Assembly (NCBI GenBank): GCA_043801745.1
Contig: JAZDLR010000022.1
Span: 65,960-129,959 of the forward strand
Direction of reading: 5' to 3'
Origin: Candidatus Komeilibacteria bacterium
GTDB taxonomy: Bacteria > Patescibacteriota > Patescibacteriia > UBA1558 > 2-01-FULL-52-15
Length of the DNA stretch: 64,000 bases
Below, in pieces: positions 17,117 through 26,910 of the stretch (the stretch's first letter is position 1; each line of letters starts with the position of its first letter). Below the pieces are notes generated by a model. That model made no database searches. It was not told the origin of the DNA and saw only the letters and a list, made by a program, of their open reading frames with translations. The position numbers were made by a program, and so were the translations under genes.

Positions 17117-17542
17117 TTAGGAACTCGGCAATTTAGCCAACAAAGATTGAATCGACTCCGCCGACCAAGTCTGGTTCTTAGCAAAAGTCTGTAATTTAGT
17201 CTTAATTAAGGCAATTTGCGGCGGATTCTGTTTGGCCCAAAGATCAAAAGCAGTGAATAAGGTTAAGTGATCGTATTTGACCTGATCATTAACAATTAAT
17301 GACTGCAAATGCGTCACGGCTGTATTTAAGGCCGCTGGCAAAGAATCGGAGGGCGCAGCTGCCACCTGACTCAAAACTTCGGCCACTTGTTGCCGATACT
17401 GCTCGACAGACAATTTCTGACTAACTTGAGTTGACCCTTGGCCAGCTGGCGGTATCGCATGCCAGCGCAAATACCAAGTAATGGCAGCGCCGATCACAAC
17501 TAAAACAGCAATAAATAAAATGATGCGAAAACGATGAAACAT
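17117..17542 (-). CDS. membrane-anchored hypothetical protein
   Basis: 141 aa; single N-terminal TM IILFIAVLVVIGAAITWYL. Confidence 0.4.
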   Translation of the reverse strand: MFHRFRIILFIAVLVVIGAAITWYLRWHAIPPAGQGSTQVSQKLSVEQYRQQVAEVLSQVAAAPSDSLPAALNTAVTHLQSLIVNDQVKYDHLTLFTAFDLWAKQNPPQIALIKTKLQTFAKNQTWSAESIQSLLAKLPSS

Positions 17543-17545
17543 AGA

Positions 17546-17980
17546 TTATTTTTTAGACGGTTGATACATCCAACCAATCAGTATACCAAATACAACATTA
17601 GCGACCAGCCAGGTAATCATCCAGGAAATAGTTAACTCCAACGGCAAAGCTAAAGCTGATAGGCACAGAAAGAAAGTCGGCAGAGTACCAATCATCCAAA
17701 TCCAGAAACCGTATTGAACACCCTTATGAAGGCCTTTTCCGGGAATACCGTTGTAAAACAGGGTGTAACCCAAGACAAACAACAATGATTCCACGAAATA
17801 ACTGCCTAACTTCCAGCCGGCTGACGGTTCAAACCAAATGCTGGCATCCAGCGACTGATATAGCGGACTTAAATAATAGGTCATTACGATCGAAGCAACA
17901 TACAAAATGACCGTAAAGGCCACAGCAATTTCCAAAACTTTCAATTGTTCCGATAATTTCACAAAGTCACCTCCTTTCAC
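17546..17980 (-). CDS. small polytopic membrane protein, hypothetical
   Basis: 144 aa, four hydrophobic helices. Confidence 0.45.
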   Translation of the reverse strand: MKGGDFVKLSEQLKVLEIAVAFTVILYVASIVMTYYLSPLYQSLDASIWFEPSAGWKLGSYFVESLLFVLGYTLFYNGIPGKGLHKGVQYGFWIWMIGTLPTFFLCLSALALPLELTISWMITWLVANVVFGILIGWMYQPSKK

Positions 17981-18004
17981 TGAATGAAATTATACCACAA
18001 ATCG

Positions 18005-18328
18005 TCAAGCTAGTGGTAATGCTTCGGCCGACATTTCCTGCCAAATGCCCGACGCCTCATTCAAAAGAAAAACCTCTAAATGAGAAGTTGTTTCATTGGG
18101 GTCAAAAACATAGGAAACTTGGGTTTCGCCGCCGGACCGGTGAGTATAATTGGTTTTTTTGGTCAAAACTTTCGGCTGCTGAACAAAACAAACTTTTAAT
18201 TGACCAGCGGGGGAAGTAAATTCTAAACAGTGAGCCACGCCAGGATCCAGCTGCTCTTCGTACTCATCAGTAACAGCATACTGGCCGCGGATTAATTGTT
18301 TTACTTGTTCCCAGCGTTCTGGCGTCAT
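18005..18328 (-). CDS. hypothetical protein
   Basis: 107 aa ORF. TTAGG motif directly abuts the start codon, so the start is uncertain. Confidence 0.35.
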   Translation of the reverse strand: MTPERWEQVKQLIRGQYAVTDEYEEQLDPGVAHCLEFTSPAGQLKVCFVQQPKVLTKKTNYTHRSGGETQVSYVFDPNETTSHLEVFLLNEASGIWQEMSAEALPLA

Positions 18329-18337
18329 AAAATAATA

Positions 18338-18363
18338 GGTTGTAGAAATGAGGCGTTAGGTAG
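18338..18363. promoter_or_regulatory. TTAGG-rich motif copy (GGTTGTAGAAATGAGGCGTTAGGTAG)
   Basis: Shares GTTGTAG and AGGCGTTAGG core with other copies. Confidence 0.3.
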
Positions 18364-18371
18364 TAGCCGGA

Positions 18372-19100
18372 TTAATTTCCACCAAACGTGCGTTTGCGGT
18401 TGGCGAAATCTTCCAAGGCCAGACGTAAATCAGCCGGAGAAAAATCCGGCCAAAACTTGTCGCTAAAATACAATTCACTATAAATGCCCTGCCAGGGCAT
18501 AAAGCCGGATAATCTCCTCTCCCCTGCCGTGCGAATAATTAAATCCAGATCCGGTAATTGATGGTATAAATGCTGAGATAAATCTTCGGCCGAAATATTA
18601 GTTTTGCCCTCTTTAATTAATTGATTGACAGCGTCAACCAATTCTTTGCGGCCGCCATAATTCAAACAAATATTGATCACTCCCCTACTATTACCGGCCG
18701 TCAGTTGTTCAGCTTGCTCAATGGCTTGAACTAATTCCGTACTTAATTCAGTGCGTGAGCCGCTGATCAACAACTTAATATTCTTTTTATTCAAACCTTC
18801 AGCTTCTTGATTTAAATAACGCACAAAAAAATCCATTAAATAGGACACTTCTTCGGCTGCGCGGTGCCAATTTTCCGTAGAAAAACCCCAAGCGGACAAA
18901 ACCTTGACTCCGGCGTCAAAAGCAGCCTCGGCCACAGGCTGGAAGGCCTTAAAACCCGCCTCGTGGCCTTTTAGCGCGGGCAGACCCTTAGCTTTGGCCC
19001 AGCGGCGGTTGCCGTCAGGTATAATGCCGATATGAAGAGGAATTTGTGTAGTTTCAGCCATAAAGTTAGCTATACAAAGCTTATCATAGCAATTAATCAC
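18372..19100 (-). CDS. uppS: undecaprenyl diphosphate synthase (cis-isoprenyl transferase)
   Basis: HIGIIPDGNRRWA motif plus WGFSTENW and the RTAGERRLSGF region, all diagnostic. Confidence 0.9.
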   Translation of the reverse strand: MINCYDKLCIANFMAETTQIPLHIGIIPDGNRRWAKAKGLPALKGHEAGFKAFQPVAEAAFDAGVKVLSAWGFSTENWHRAAEEVSYLMDFFVRYLNQEAEGLNKKNIKLLISGSRTELSTELVQAIEQAEQLTAGNSRGVINICLNYGGRKELVDAVNQLIKEGKTNISAEDLSQHLYHQLPDLDLIIRTAGERRLSGFMPWQGIYSELYFSDKFWPDFSPADLRLALEDFANRKRTFGGN

Positions 19101-19255
19101 GTGGTTATCAATTATTTTGGGGCTGGGGACTTGGGGCTTGGAGCTTGGGATCTAGTACAAAAAACCCTTGCGGGCGAAAATGGTGACCCCACCCAACTTC
19201 GTCCACCAGGGGCGGACTTCGTTGGGCGCAGCCGGGAATCTCACTAATTATTTTC

Positions 19256-19330
19256 TGGTACCGCTACGGAGAATCGGACTCCGATTTTAGCGTTGAGAAC
19301 GCCACGTCCTGACCATTAGACGATAGCGGC
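19256..19330 (-). tRNA. tRNA-Glu (anticodon CUC), CCA encoded
   Basis: Minus strand: GCCGCTATCGTCTAATGGTCAGGACGTGGCGTTCTCAACGCTAAAATCGGAGTCCGATTCTCCGTAGCGGTACCA. Cloverleaf: acceptor 7 bp (G1-U71), D-stem GTCT/GGAC, anticodon stem TGGCG/CGCTA with loop TT-CTC-AA, 4-nt variable loop, T-stem CGGAG/CTCCG. T-loop is TCCGATT (C at position 55, unusual). Confidence 0.55.
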
Positions 19331-19537
19331 ATATCTGCCTACCTAATAAGCTACAACCTACCATCCTACAAGCTAACTCGTTTGACATTACCTTATTTTG
19401 CTGTTGTTATCAAGGTTAGCTAAATCCAAATAAGTTCGTTTTTCTATTAGTGAGCCAAGTCCGAAAGGGCTGTCTTTTTTTCTTCCATAAACCAACGTAA
19501 ACCCCCAGATTTTTTGGTCTGGGGGCTAGCGCAATAC

Positions 19538-20011
19538 TTACGCTCTCCTTTCCTTACAGCCGACACTCCACATCATTACTATTGGCTTTGGCCAGGAATC
19601 AACTACCGGACGCAGACGGTAAGGTAGCCGATTCTGCTTCATGATGCTATTTACGCTTTCGTAACGGGTTTTGTAATCCACTATAAGTGGTGAATTACCG
19701 CCGTTCTTCAACTGCTGCAGAAAATTCACGGCTCCGGAAGTTAAACCGCTAGCCGAAAAGATGGCGCGCCAGTCATCTTCCGATAAACAGTGGGTTAATT
19801 TGCATGAATGCGGACCTCCCCGTTTCTTATCAAGCTCAACGGCCGGTAGCTGTGTGCACAAAGAAATCAGGAGCTTGCCGCGGCTCGTGTATCTATGGGT
19901 GGCAATTAGTTCGTGAGTTGGTTGCAGAATACCCGCGTCTATCAACTTTTGCGTTGCGTCTGCAGCAACGCTAGTTACGATAGACTCTACCACTGTCTTG
20001 GGGTTTGACAT
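19538..20011 (-). CDS. hypothetical protein
   Basis: 157 aa; strong SD AAGGAGG 6 nt upstream of the ATG and its own promoter; no recognisable motifs. Confidence 0.5.
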   Translation of the reverse strand: MSNPKTVVESIVTSVAADATQKLIDAGILQPTHELIATHRYTSRGKLLISLCTQLPAVELDKKRGGPHSCKLTHCLSEDDWRAIFSASGLTSGAVNFLQQLKNGGNSPLIVDYKTRYESVNSIMKQNRLPYRLRPVVDSWPKPIVMMWSVGCKERRA

Positions 20012-20056
20012 TTCCCGCCTCCTTTTGACAATAGCCCCTTGAATGTACGATCGCCA

Positions 20057-20088
20057 TATCTTTACAATACCCGCATGTTAAAGTCAAC
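20057..20088 (-). promoter_or_regulatory. promoter for 19538..20011 (-35 TTGACT, 17-nt spacer, -10 TAAAGAT, minus strand)
   Basis: Minus strand: gagTTGACTttaacatgcgggtattgTAAAGATatgg. Confidence 0.4.
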
Positions 20089-20111
20089 TCTTTTCGGTAG
20101 AACTTTGTGAG

Positions 20112-20152
20112 TATAAAAAAACTCCCGCCCTAGGCGAACCTATTGCGGGAGT
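20112..20152 (-). terminator. intrinsic terminator (minus strand)
   Basis: Minus-strand RNA CACUCCCGC-AAUAGGUUCGCCUAGG-GCGGGAG followed by UUUUUUUAU. Confidence 0.55.
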
Positions 20153-20473
20153 GTTAGTCGTGAGGATATCCACATCCTTTCCTTGGCGGGATGTCTGCCA
20201 GCAAATCCCCTTCACCTCGGGTAGTTGGGCTCTGGACCAGATCTTGATCTAATCCTGGGTAACGAGTCACCCCTGACTCGTAAGCACCTCGTGATGCTTA
20301 GATTAGACCCTTCCCCTTGTCCGCCCCAGCATGCCGGTCTGGCGAGCTACCACTGTCCGGACGTGTCCCGGACCTCACGACAAAATTGTTTCATGAACGA
20401 ATACAGATGATAGGTTAGCAAATCAGTAAATTACTGTAAATATTGACAAATCTTTGATAATATTCCGTTACAT

Positions 20474-22180
20474 TTATTTCAAAATCCAAAACTTCACATC
20501 CCCATTATCACGCACTAAGTTAAAATCTTGGGGATGTTGCTGAATAAATTGCAGCTCAAAAGACGGATATTTGGTAACTAAGTAGTCAACTTTCGCGGCC
20601 TCTAATGACGCACGCCATTTTTCATAAGGAATAGCAGCTGCTGAAACAAAAATAACTGTATTGGATAAATTTATATTCCACAAAGGAAAAAGTATCTGCA
20701 AACGGCCATCATAGGCAACCACACTCCCCGGCTGCTGAATTGCCTCCAAACCCACAAATTCCGGAAAACGGTCAGTAATCTGTGTTGGCTGCCACATATT
20801 ACTAGTGATCAAACAACTATTAATTATTAACAATAGAGTCCAAGTGATTACTAACCAGCGCCACTGACCATGGAGACAATTAATAATCCCAGTCAAGGCC
20901 AGGCTGCCGGCAGCCGTGACAAAAATACTATAACGTAACCACCAGTTGGCCGGCATAATAAGAAAACCCAGAACCAAAACAATAATCAAGCTATAAAATT
21001 TCCACTGCCTTTGCTTCCAACCCCAGACCAAAAAAAATATTAACGCTGGTAGTAACACGCCGAGCCACAACCAGCCAAAGCCTCCGGGATTCATCTGATA
21101 ACTATAATCTCCATTAACAGTGGAAAAATTGATCCACAGCTGTTCCCAATAATTATGACCCTTAAGTACGGCTGCCTGCGAATTACCCAGAAGCTGATCT
21201 AGCGAGATCAATCCCGGACCCACCGGATACAGTGGCGTGCCATGAGCCCACCAGTTACGGATGTAGAAGAAGCTACCAAAGCTTAAGATCATTAACACGT
21301 ACCAAGGCCACTTATAGGGCCACGGCCGGCCCATTACTAATTTCCATATTGTTGCCAAGATGACCAAGGGAATCATCGTGGCTTTGCTGCCGATTAGAAT
21401 GCCGGCCGTGATGGACCAAAGCCACCAGGACTCATCATATTTTTTTATGGACCAATACAACAGTAATAGAAACACAGCCGATAGCGCTAAATCAATATAA
21501 TTAGTACGGAGTTGTAATAAATTCACAGGAACCAGCGCGTAAGTCAGTCCGGCAAGAAAAGCTAAACCTTGGGAAATTTTAAACTCCCGAGCTAAGGCGT
21601 AAACTGTCAAAGCTCCGAGCAACCAAAAAAGTAGGTTCGTTGTCTGCAGTAATGACTGATTATGCCAAAAAGCTAAATGCCAGGCTTGCCAGGCTTCAAT
21701 CGCTTTGGGATAAACATTTATCCAGGGAATCAACGTAATAAAATACTCAATTTTTCCTTGCTGCAATAAGTAAGCAGCCCAAGGCAAATGGTAATTCAAG
21801 CTGTCAAAAGAAATATCCCGGGAATTAAAGGATAGAGCAATAACTAATAAGCCTAGCAAAAAAACTAAGCCGACAACGATATATTCCGCTGCCTGACGGC
21901 CAATAAGCACTTTCCAGGCTGATCTGATAGTCCGGCGGCTAAACCAGCCAACAATAAATATAACAATAATTTGCCACAGCCAAATTGAGGCAGTTGAAAA
22001 TAAACCGAGCCAACCCAAAAGAAACACGCCGGCAATTGTCTGCGCCACAACTAACAATAAAGCGGCCAGAAGGCTATCCAGACTGGTCCAGCGACGCTGT
22101 TGCCAATAACTAAACCAAACATAGCCAGCGGCTAAGTGAAAAACCAGGTAAACCAGCCCTGAGACTAACGCTTGAGCCAT
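20474..22180 (-). CDS. polytopic membrane protein, possible GT-C fold glycosyltransferase
   Basis: 568 aa, about 14 hydrophobic helices, Trp-rich loops (YIRNWWAHGTPLYP). Family not resolved from sequence alone. Confidence 0.45.
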   Translation of the reverse strand: MAQALVSGLVYLVFHLAAGYVWFSYWQQRRWTSLDSLLAALLLVVAQTIAGVFLLGWLGLFSTASIWLWQIIVIFIVGWFSRRTIRSAWKVLIGRQAAEYIVVGLVFLLGLLVIALSFNSRDISFDSLNYHLPWAAYLLQQGKIEYFITLIPWINVYPKAIEAWQAWHLAFWHNQSLLQTTNLLFWLLGALTVYALAREFKISQGLAFLAGLTYALVPVNLLQLRTNYIDLALSAVFLLLLYWSIKKYDESWWLWSITAGILIGSKATMIPLVILATIWKLVMGRPWPYKWPWYVLMILSFGSFFYIRNWWAHGTPLYPVGPGLISLDQLLGNSQAAVLKGHNYWEQLWINFSTVNGDYSYQMNPGGFGWLWLGVLLPALIFFLVWGWKQRQWKFYSLIIVLVLGFLIMPANWWLRYSIFVTAAGSLALTGIINCLHGQWRWLVITWTLLLIINSCLITSNMWQPTQITDRFPEFVGLEAIQQPGSVVAYDGRLQILFPLWNINLSNTVIFVSAAAIPYEKWRASLEAAKVDYLVTKYPSFELQFIQQHPQDFNLVRDNGDVKFWILK

Positions 22181-23460
22181 GAAGGCGATTGTCTGACTAA
22201 TAATTCTTCCGCCCGACTCTGATCTGCCATCAAACCACGGACAATACGTTCGGTGCGCGTTCCTTGCGAACCTTTAACCAATAATAAGGTCCCGGCCAAG
22301 TTCTTTTTTTGTAAATATTCCAGAGCAGCTATTGAAGTCGGAACAGTTACGATTCTATCAGCCGGTAATCCGGCTTCTGCAGCGCCTTGGCGGATAACTT
22401 CGGCGTGCTCCCCTACTGCCACCAGAAAGCCAACATTTATTTCTCCTGCCACCCGGCCAATTTCCTGATGCGCGCTGACAGTATAATCACCCAGCTCCAG
22501 CATCTCACCCAAAACCGCGCCGGTAGTGGCGTTCATTTCTTTGGCTAACCGCTGTAAAGTCGTCAGAGCTGCTTTGGTTGATTGCGGCGAAGCATTGTAA
22601 GTATCATCAATCAGCAGTAAACCATTCAAACCTCCAATCAAGCGTCCACGTCCGGCCGGCGGCTGAAAGTGCCGTAAAGCTTGTGCTACTTCCACTAAAT
22701 TCATTCCCTGATGTAAACCAACAGCGGCAGCAGCCAGAGCCGCTGATACACTGGCTTTAGTAATAGATAGCGGCAGAAAAGCCGGCACAGTATTTCCCTG
22801 ATAGTTAATTTTGAAAGCAATACCCCAGCCATTGTTTTGGTTACTCAAGGTATCATCGCTGGCACGCACATCAGCCTGTTCATTAAAACCGTAAGTCAAT
22901 AACTTACTGTGTACTTTGCCGGTCAGCGTAGCAATTAATGGGTCATCGATATTTAGCACCGCCAAACCGTCGGCCGGCAAGTTACGGAAAATATCGCTTT
23001 TTTCTTTCACCACAGCATCAATAGTTTTAAAAAATTCCAAGTGCGACGGTCCGATTGTTGTCAGCACGCCAACATTGAGCGGCGCCAGGCCAGTCAACTG
23101 CTGAATATTTCCCTGACGGTCAGCGCCCATTTCCAGGATTAGCAGCTCCGGATAATCCGGCTGCTTCTTCAGCAAAGACAACGACTTGGTCAGAATACCC
23201 CACCAAGCTCCCAAGTCGCGTCCGGGCTCTTCCACGCCAATTACCGTAAAAGGCAAACCCAGCTCATTATTAAAACTTTTGGCTGATGCGCGTAAGCGGT
23301 AGCGCTGCCGTAAAACCGTGGCAATAGCTTCCTTAGTTGACGTTTTACCCACGCTGCCGGTAATACCAATAATAAAGGGCTTCTGGACCCTAATAATCCT
23401 GCGCGTGAACCAAAACAGTACTTTAATCAGGAGATTTCTCATATGGTTATTATACACCAC
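22165..23460 (-). CDS. murF: UDP-N-acetylmuramoyl-tripeptide--D-alanyl-D-alanine ligase
   Basis: Mur ligase P-loop IIGITGSVGKTSTKE. MurF-type DDTYNASP motif. Confidence 0.8.
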   Translation of the reverse strand: MVYNNHMRNLLIKVLFWFTRRIIRVQKPFIIGITGSVGKTSTKEAIATVLRQRYRLRASAKSFNNELGLPFTVIGVEEPGRDLGAWWGILTKSLSLLKKQPDYPELLILEMGADRQGNIQQLTGLAPLNVGVLTTIGPSHLEFFKTIDAVVKEKSDIFRNLPADGLAVLNIDDPLIATLTGKVHSKLLTYGFNEQADVRASDDTLSNQNNGWGIAFKINYQGNTVPAFLPLSITKASVSAALAAAAVGLHQGMNLVEVAQALRHFQPPAGRGRLIGGLNGLLLIDDTYNASPQSTKAALTTLQRLAKEMNATTGAVLGEMLELGDYTVSAHQEIGRVAGEINVGFLVAVGEHAEVIRQGAAEAGLPADRIVTVPTSIAALEYLQKKNLAGTLLLVKGSQGTRTERIVRGLMADQSRAEELLVRQSPSWLKR

Positions 23461-25193
23461 TACCGTTCCGGCGGTATCTGATAATAATTCAGCAAAAATT
23501 TGGCAATTTCTCCGAATAGCGGCGTGGCGCTACTTTCCGCCCAAGCGGCGCCGGAAGGATTAGTCAATTTCGTTACCATGGTAAAGCGCGGGCTGCTGAC
23601 CGGTCCAAAACCGACGAAAGTCTGAATCGTCTTATCGCTGTATTTACCGTTCTCCACTACTTGAGCTGTTCCGGTCTTACCGGCTATGTAGTAGCCGGGA
23701 ACACCCGCTTTCTTACCAAAACCATTTTCCACTACGCTGACCATCATGGCTGTGACTTTGCTGGCGGTATCGGAGGTAATCACCTGACGCAAAACTTTGG
23801 GTTGACGGTTTTCCACCATCCCCTTGTCATTTTTTACTTCCTCAACAATATAGGGCTGCATCAGCTGACCGCGATTAGCAATAGCATTAACGGCATTGAC
23901 TAATTGCAGACCAGTGACGGTAATTCCCTGTCCGTAGGACGCCGTGGCTTTATGAATCTGACCCTGCTTGGACAAAGAACTGATGTCGCCGCTGACTTCC
24001 TGATCCAGTTCCAAATTATATTTCTGGCCAAAACCGTAATTGCTCAAATAATTCTTAAAAACATTATTAGGAACATTTTCGGTGGCAAAAATCATACCCG
24101 TATTAAGCGACTGCTCTAATACTTGCGTCATAGTCACGACACCGTGCGCCTTACGGTCAGAATTATGAATCTCAAATCCGGCCAGTTTGACTACGCCCTT
24201 GTCTTCATAGGTGGTAGCCGGCGTTACTTTGCCGCTATCAATCGCCACTGACATAGCCAACACTTTGAAAACCGAACCCGGCTCATAAGCATCAAAAACC
24301 ACATTATTATTAAACCGGCCGATGTCCTGCACCTCGTTGTAAACATTAGGATCAAAGCTAGGACTATTGCACAAAGCCAGAATGCGCCCGGTAGTTGTTT
24401 CTTCAATAATAACAGTTCCATCCGATGCACCCAGGTCTTTCACGGCTCGATCCAAGGCTTTGCAGGCCTGATATTGAATTGTGCGGTCAATGGTTAAAAT
24501 CAAATCAGCGCCATTAACCGCCTTATCTCCTCCACTCTGGCCGCCAATAGCGATTCCCGCCGGAGATTTAAACCAACTGCCGATCCAATCTACGCCGGCC
24601 AATTGTTTGTCCCAATAACTTTCTAAACCGTACTTACCCACCTTATCATCATTAAGATAACCGTAAAAACCTAAAAGCTGAGCGCCAATTTCTTTGTCAG
24701 GATAATAACGCCAAATTTCCTCGCGGCTAAGAATACCCGGAAGCTGCAGCGCTTCAATTTGTTTCTTCTGCTCAACCGGAACCTTGTGTTTAATCAATTC
24801 ATACTGATCGTCGGTTTTTTCCAAGCGCGGCAGTAAATCTTCTTTTTTCAGATCAAGAATCGTGGCCAGAGCCTCGGCGCTATTATCGGGACGGGTCACC
24901 TTGGAAGGAGCGGCAAATATTTCGTAGAAAATTTTGTTGGCGGCCAAAGGATATAAATCGCTGCCGCCAACATTAGTATGATCGCGGGCAAAAATTTGAC
25001 CTCTGGTGGCGGACACGGTTGATATGGTCTGCTGCTGACGCAGTCCCTGATCCGCGTACTGCTCGTGGCGGATGACCTGCAACCAGAATAGGCGCGCGAT
25101 AATGGCTAAGAAAAAAAGCAAAATAACGACACTAAGTATCGTTATTCGTTTATTGATACGACCGGAATCTCCCCAGTCCAGACTCCGCATCAT
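23460..25193 (-). CDS. ftsI: penicillin-binding protein transpeptidase (FtsI/PBP2-like)
   Basis: N-terminal TM; SxxK (GSVFKV), SxN (HNSDR region) and KTGTA motifs. Sits in the dcw cluster. Confidence 0.8.
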   Translation of the reverse strand: MMRSLDWGDSGRINKRITILSVVILLFFLAIIARLFWLQVIRHEQYADQGLRQQQTISTVSATRGQIFARDHTNVGGSDLYPLAANKIFYEIFAAPSKVTRPDNSAEALATILDLKKEDLLPRLEKTDDQYELIKHKVPVEQKKQIEALQLPGILSREEIWRYYPDKEIGAQLLGFYGYLNDDKVGKYGLESYWDKQLAGVDWIGSWFKSPAGIAIGGQSGGDKAVNGADLILTIDRTIQYQACKALDRAVKDLGASDGTVIIEETTTGRILALCNSPSFDPNVYNEVQDIGRFNNNVVFDAYEPGSVFKVLAMSVAIDSGKVTPATTYEDKGVVKLAGFEIHNSDRKAHGVVTMTQVLEQSLNTGMIFATENVPNNVFKNYLSNYGFGQKYNLELDQEVSGDISSLSKQGQIHKATASYGQGITVTGLQLVNAVNAIANRGQLMQPYIVEEVKNDKGMVENRQPKVLRQVITSDTASKVTAMMVSVVENGFGKKAGVPGYYIAGKTGTAQVVENGKYSDKTIQTFVGFGPVSSPRFTMVTKLTNPSGAAWAESSATPLFGEIAKFLLNYYQIPPER

Positions 25194-25198
25194 CAGAG

Positions 25199-25504
25199 TT
25201 AGTGGTTAAAGGCCACAGAGCCGCGTGGCTGGAGATAAATTACTTTCTCACTGCGGACCAGGCTTAAAGCGATACTGACCTGATTCAACCGTTCAATTGA
25301 GCGCAATTCCGCTACCGATAACTGTAACTGCTCATTCTCCAGACTCAACTGTTTGGCCTGATTCAGCTGATTGGCGGTGTCATTAGTTTGCGCCGCCGCC
25401 ACATTGGCAAAAATTAAACGCAATAAAAACGTAGCCACCACCAGCGCTACGAGAGCAACGTTGATTCTGACCAAAGGGATTGTTGTTTTTGTTTTTGTTA
25501 TCAT
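25199..25504 (-). CDS. ftsL: FtsL-like cell division protein
   Basis: 101 aa, one TM plus a leucine-rich coiled coil; lies between rsmH and ftsI as expected for ftsL. Confidence 0.5.
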   Translation of the reverse strand: MITKTKTTIPLVRINVALVALVVATFLLRLIFANVAAAQTNDTANQLNQAKQLSLENEQLQLSVAELRSIERLNQVSIALSLVRSEKVIYLQPRGSVAFNH

Positions 25505-25535
25505 TTTTTTATCGCCCTGTGGGCGAGACCTTTTT

Positions 25536-26549
25536 TTAAATTTTTTCCACCGCGCGCAGCACTGCGCTGCGGCTGCGGTGATTATTGCTAATTTCCTCCG
25601 GACCGGGCCGGATAGCTTTCTTGGTTAAAATTTTTAAAGATGCCTTATGGCTGCAAGTACAGATCGGCTGACTGGCCGGACAGATACAATCCCGGGCCTG
25701 CGAACGGAACCAGTGCTTCACGATCCGGTCTTCGGCTGAATGAAAAGCAATAATCACTAAGCGAGCACCGCTGGGCAATAACTCAATAATCCGCGGCAAA
25801 GCTTGTTGGATATTGTCCAACTCCTGATTAATGGCAATGCGCAAGGCTTGAAAAGTCTTAGTGGCCGGATGAATCTTGGTAATCCTAGGTGGCAAGACTT
25901 TCGTAATAGCCTCAACTATCTGGGGTACTAACAGCCTATTATCAAACTGCCTACTGACCTGTTTCAAAGAACGCGCAATTTTGCGCCACTGCCGTTCATC
26001 ACCGTAATCCCGGATAATCTGTCCCAACTCGTCTTCCGGAACTCTGGCGATTAACTGAGCGGCGGTCTGTCCTGTTTCCGGATCAAAGCGCATATCCAAC
26101 GGGCCCTGATCCGTAAAGGAAAAACCCCGACCAGCGGTATCTAATTGATCCGATGAAACACCAAGGTCAAGTAGAAAACCGCTAATTGGAGTAATTGAGC
26201 TGACAGCATCGAATTTTTTTGTTATTTGTTTGTAATTTTCACGGCGCACTATCGCTCGTGCGCCAAACCGGCGTAACCGACTCGTGGCCGCGGCAATGGC
26301 TCGAGGGTCAAGATCTAATCCCAGTACTCGTCCGTGGGGTCCGTTTTTTTTTAAAATTGCTTCCGCGTGTCCTCCGCCTCCGACTGTGCCATCAATGTAA
26401 TTCTTATTGGGTCCAACCTGTAAATACTGCAGCACCTCTGCAACCATTACTGACTCATGACTGTAGGCAGACATTAGACACCTAAACTTCCTAAATTCTC
26501 GGCAATCTCCGTGCTGTCTCTCTCGGTTTCTGTCTGATACTTGCGCCAC
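25536..26549 (-). CDS. rsmH: 16S rRNA (cytosine1402-N4)-methyltransferase
   Basis: HESVMV, DGTVGGGGHAEAIL and other MraW-family motifs. Confidence 0.9.
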   Translation of the reverse strand: MAQVSDRNRERQHGDCREFRKFRCLMSAYSHESVMVAEVLQYLQVGPNKNYIDGTVGGGGHAEAILKKNGPHGRVLGLDLDPRAIAAATSRLRRFGARAIVRRENYKQITKKFDAVSSITPISGFLLDLGVSSDQLDTAGRGFSFTDQGPLDMRFDPETGQTAAQLIARVPEDELGQIIRDYGDERQWRKIARSLKQVSRQFDNRLLVPQIVEAITKVLPPRITKIHPATKTFQALRIAINQELDNIQQALPRIIELLPSGARLVIIAFHSAEDRIVKHWFRSQARDCICPASQPICTCSHKASLKILTKKAIRPGPEEISNNHRSRSAVLRAVEKI

Positions 26550-26905
26550 TTCACCTGATCCCAGATTTCTAAACGGTTCATCAGTCCGGCAACGACAACG
26601 GATTTTTTTAATCCGGCAAAACTTTTTAAATACTCCGGCAGAGTTATGCGCCCCTGACTGTCAAATTCCACCTCCATGGCGCCAGAAAGCATCAAACGGG
26701 CAAAAGCTCTGGACTTAGCTTGTCCAATAGGCAGATCAGAAATCTTGCCTGACAGTTTCAACCATTCAGCCTGAGGGTAAATAAATAAACAATTATCCAG
26801 TCCTCTAGTAACAACTGCACCTTTGCCTAACTTGGCGCGGAATTTGGCTGGTACTAGCAAACGGTTCTTATCGTCCAAATTATATTGATATTCGCCGATA
26901 AACAT
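26474..26905 (-). CDS. mraZ: transcriptional regulator MraZ
   Basis: MFIGEYQYNLDDKNRLLVPAKFR plus a second DxxxR repeat half. Confidence 0.85.
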   Translation of the reverse strand: MFIGEYQYNLDDKNRLLVPAKFRAKLGKGAVVTRGLDNCLFIYPQAEWLKLSGKISDLPIGQAKSRAFARLMLSGAMEVEFDSQGRITLPEYLKSFAGLKKSVVVAGLMNRLEIWDQVKWRKYQTETERDSTEIAENLGSLGV

Positions 26906-26910
26906 TGGAA

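Noticed and set aside
20225-20410. 61-aa plus-strand ORF in the GC-rich stretch
   Set aside because: No RBS; Pro/Ser-rich translation of a GC-rich structured region that is more plausibly RNA.
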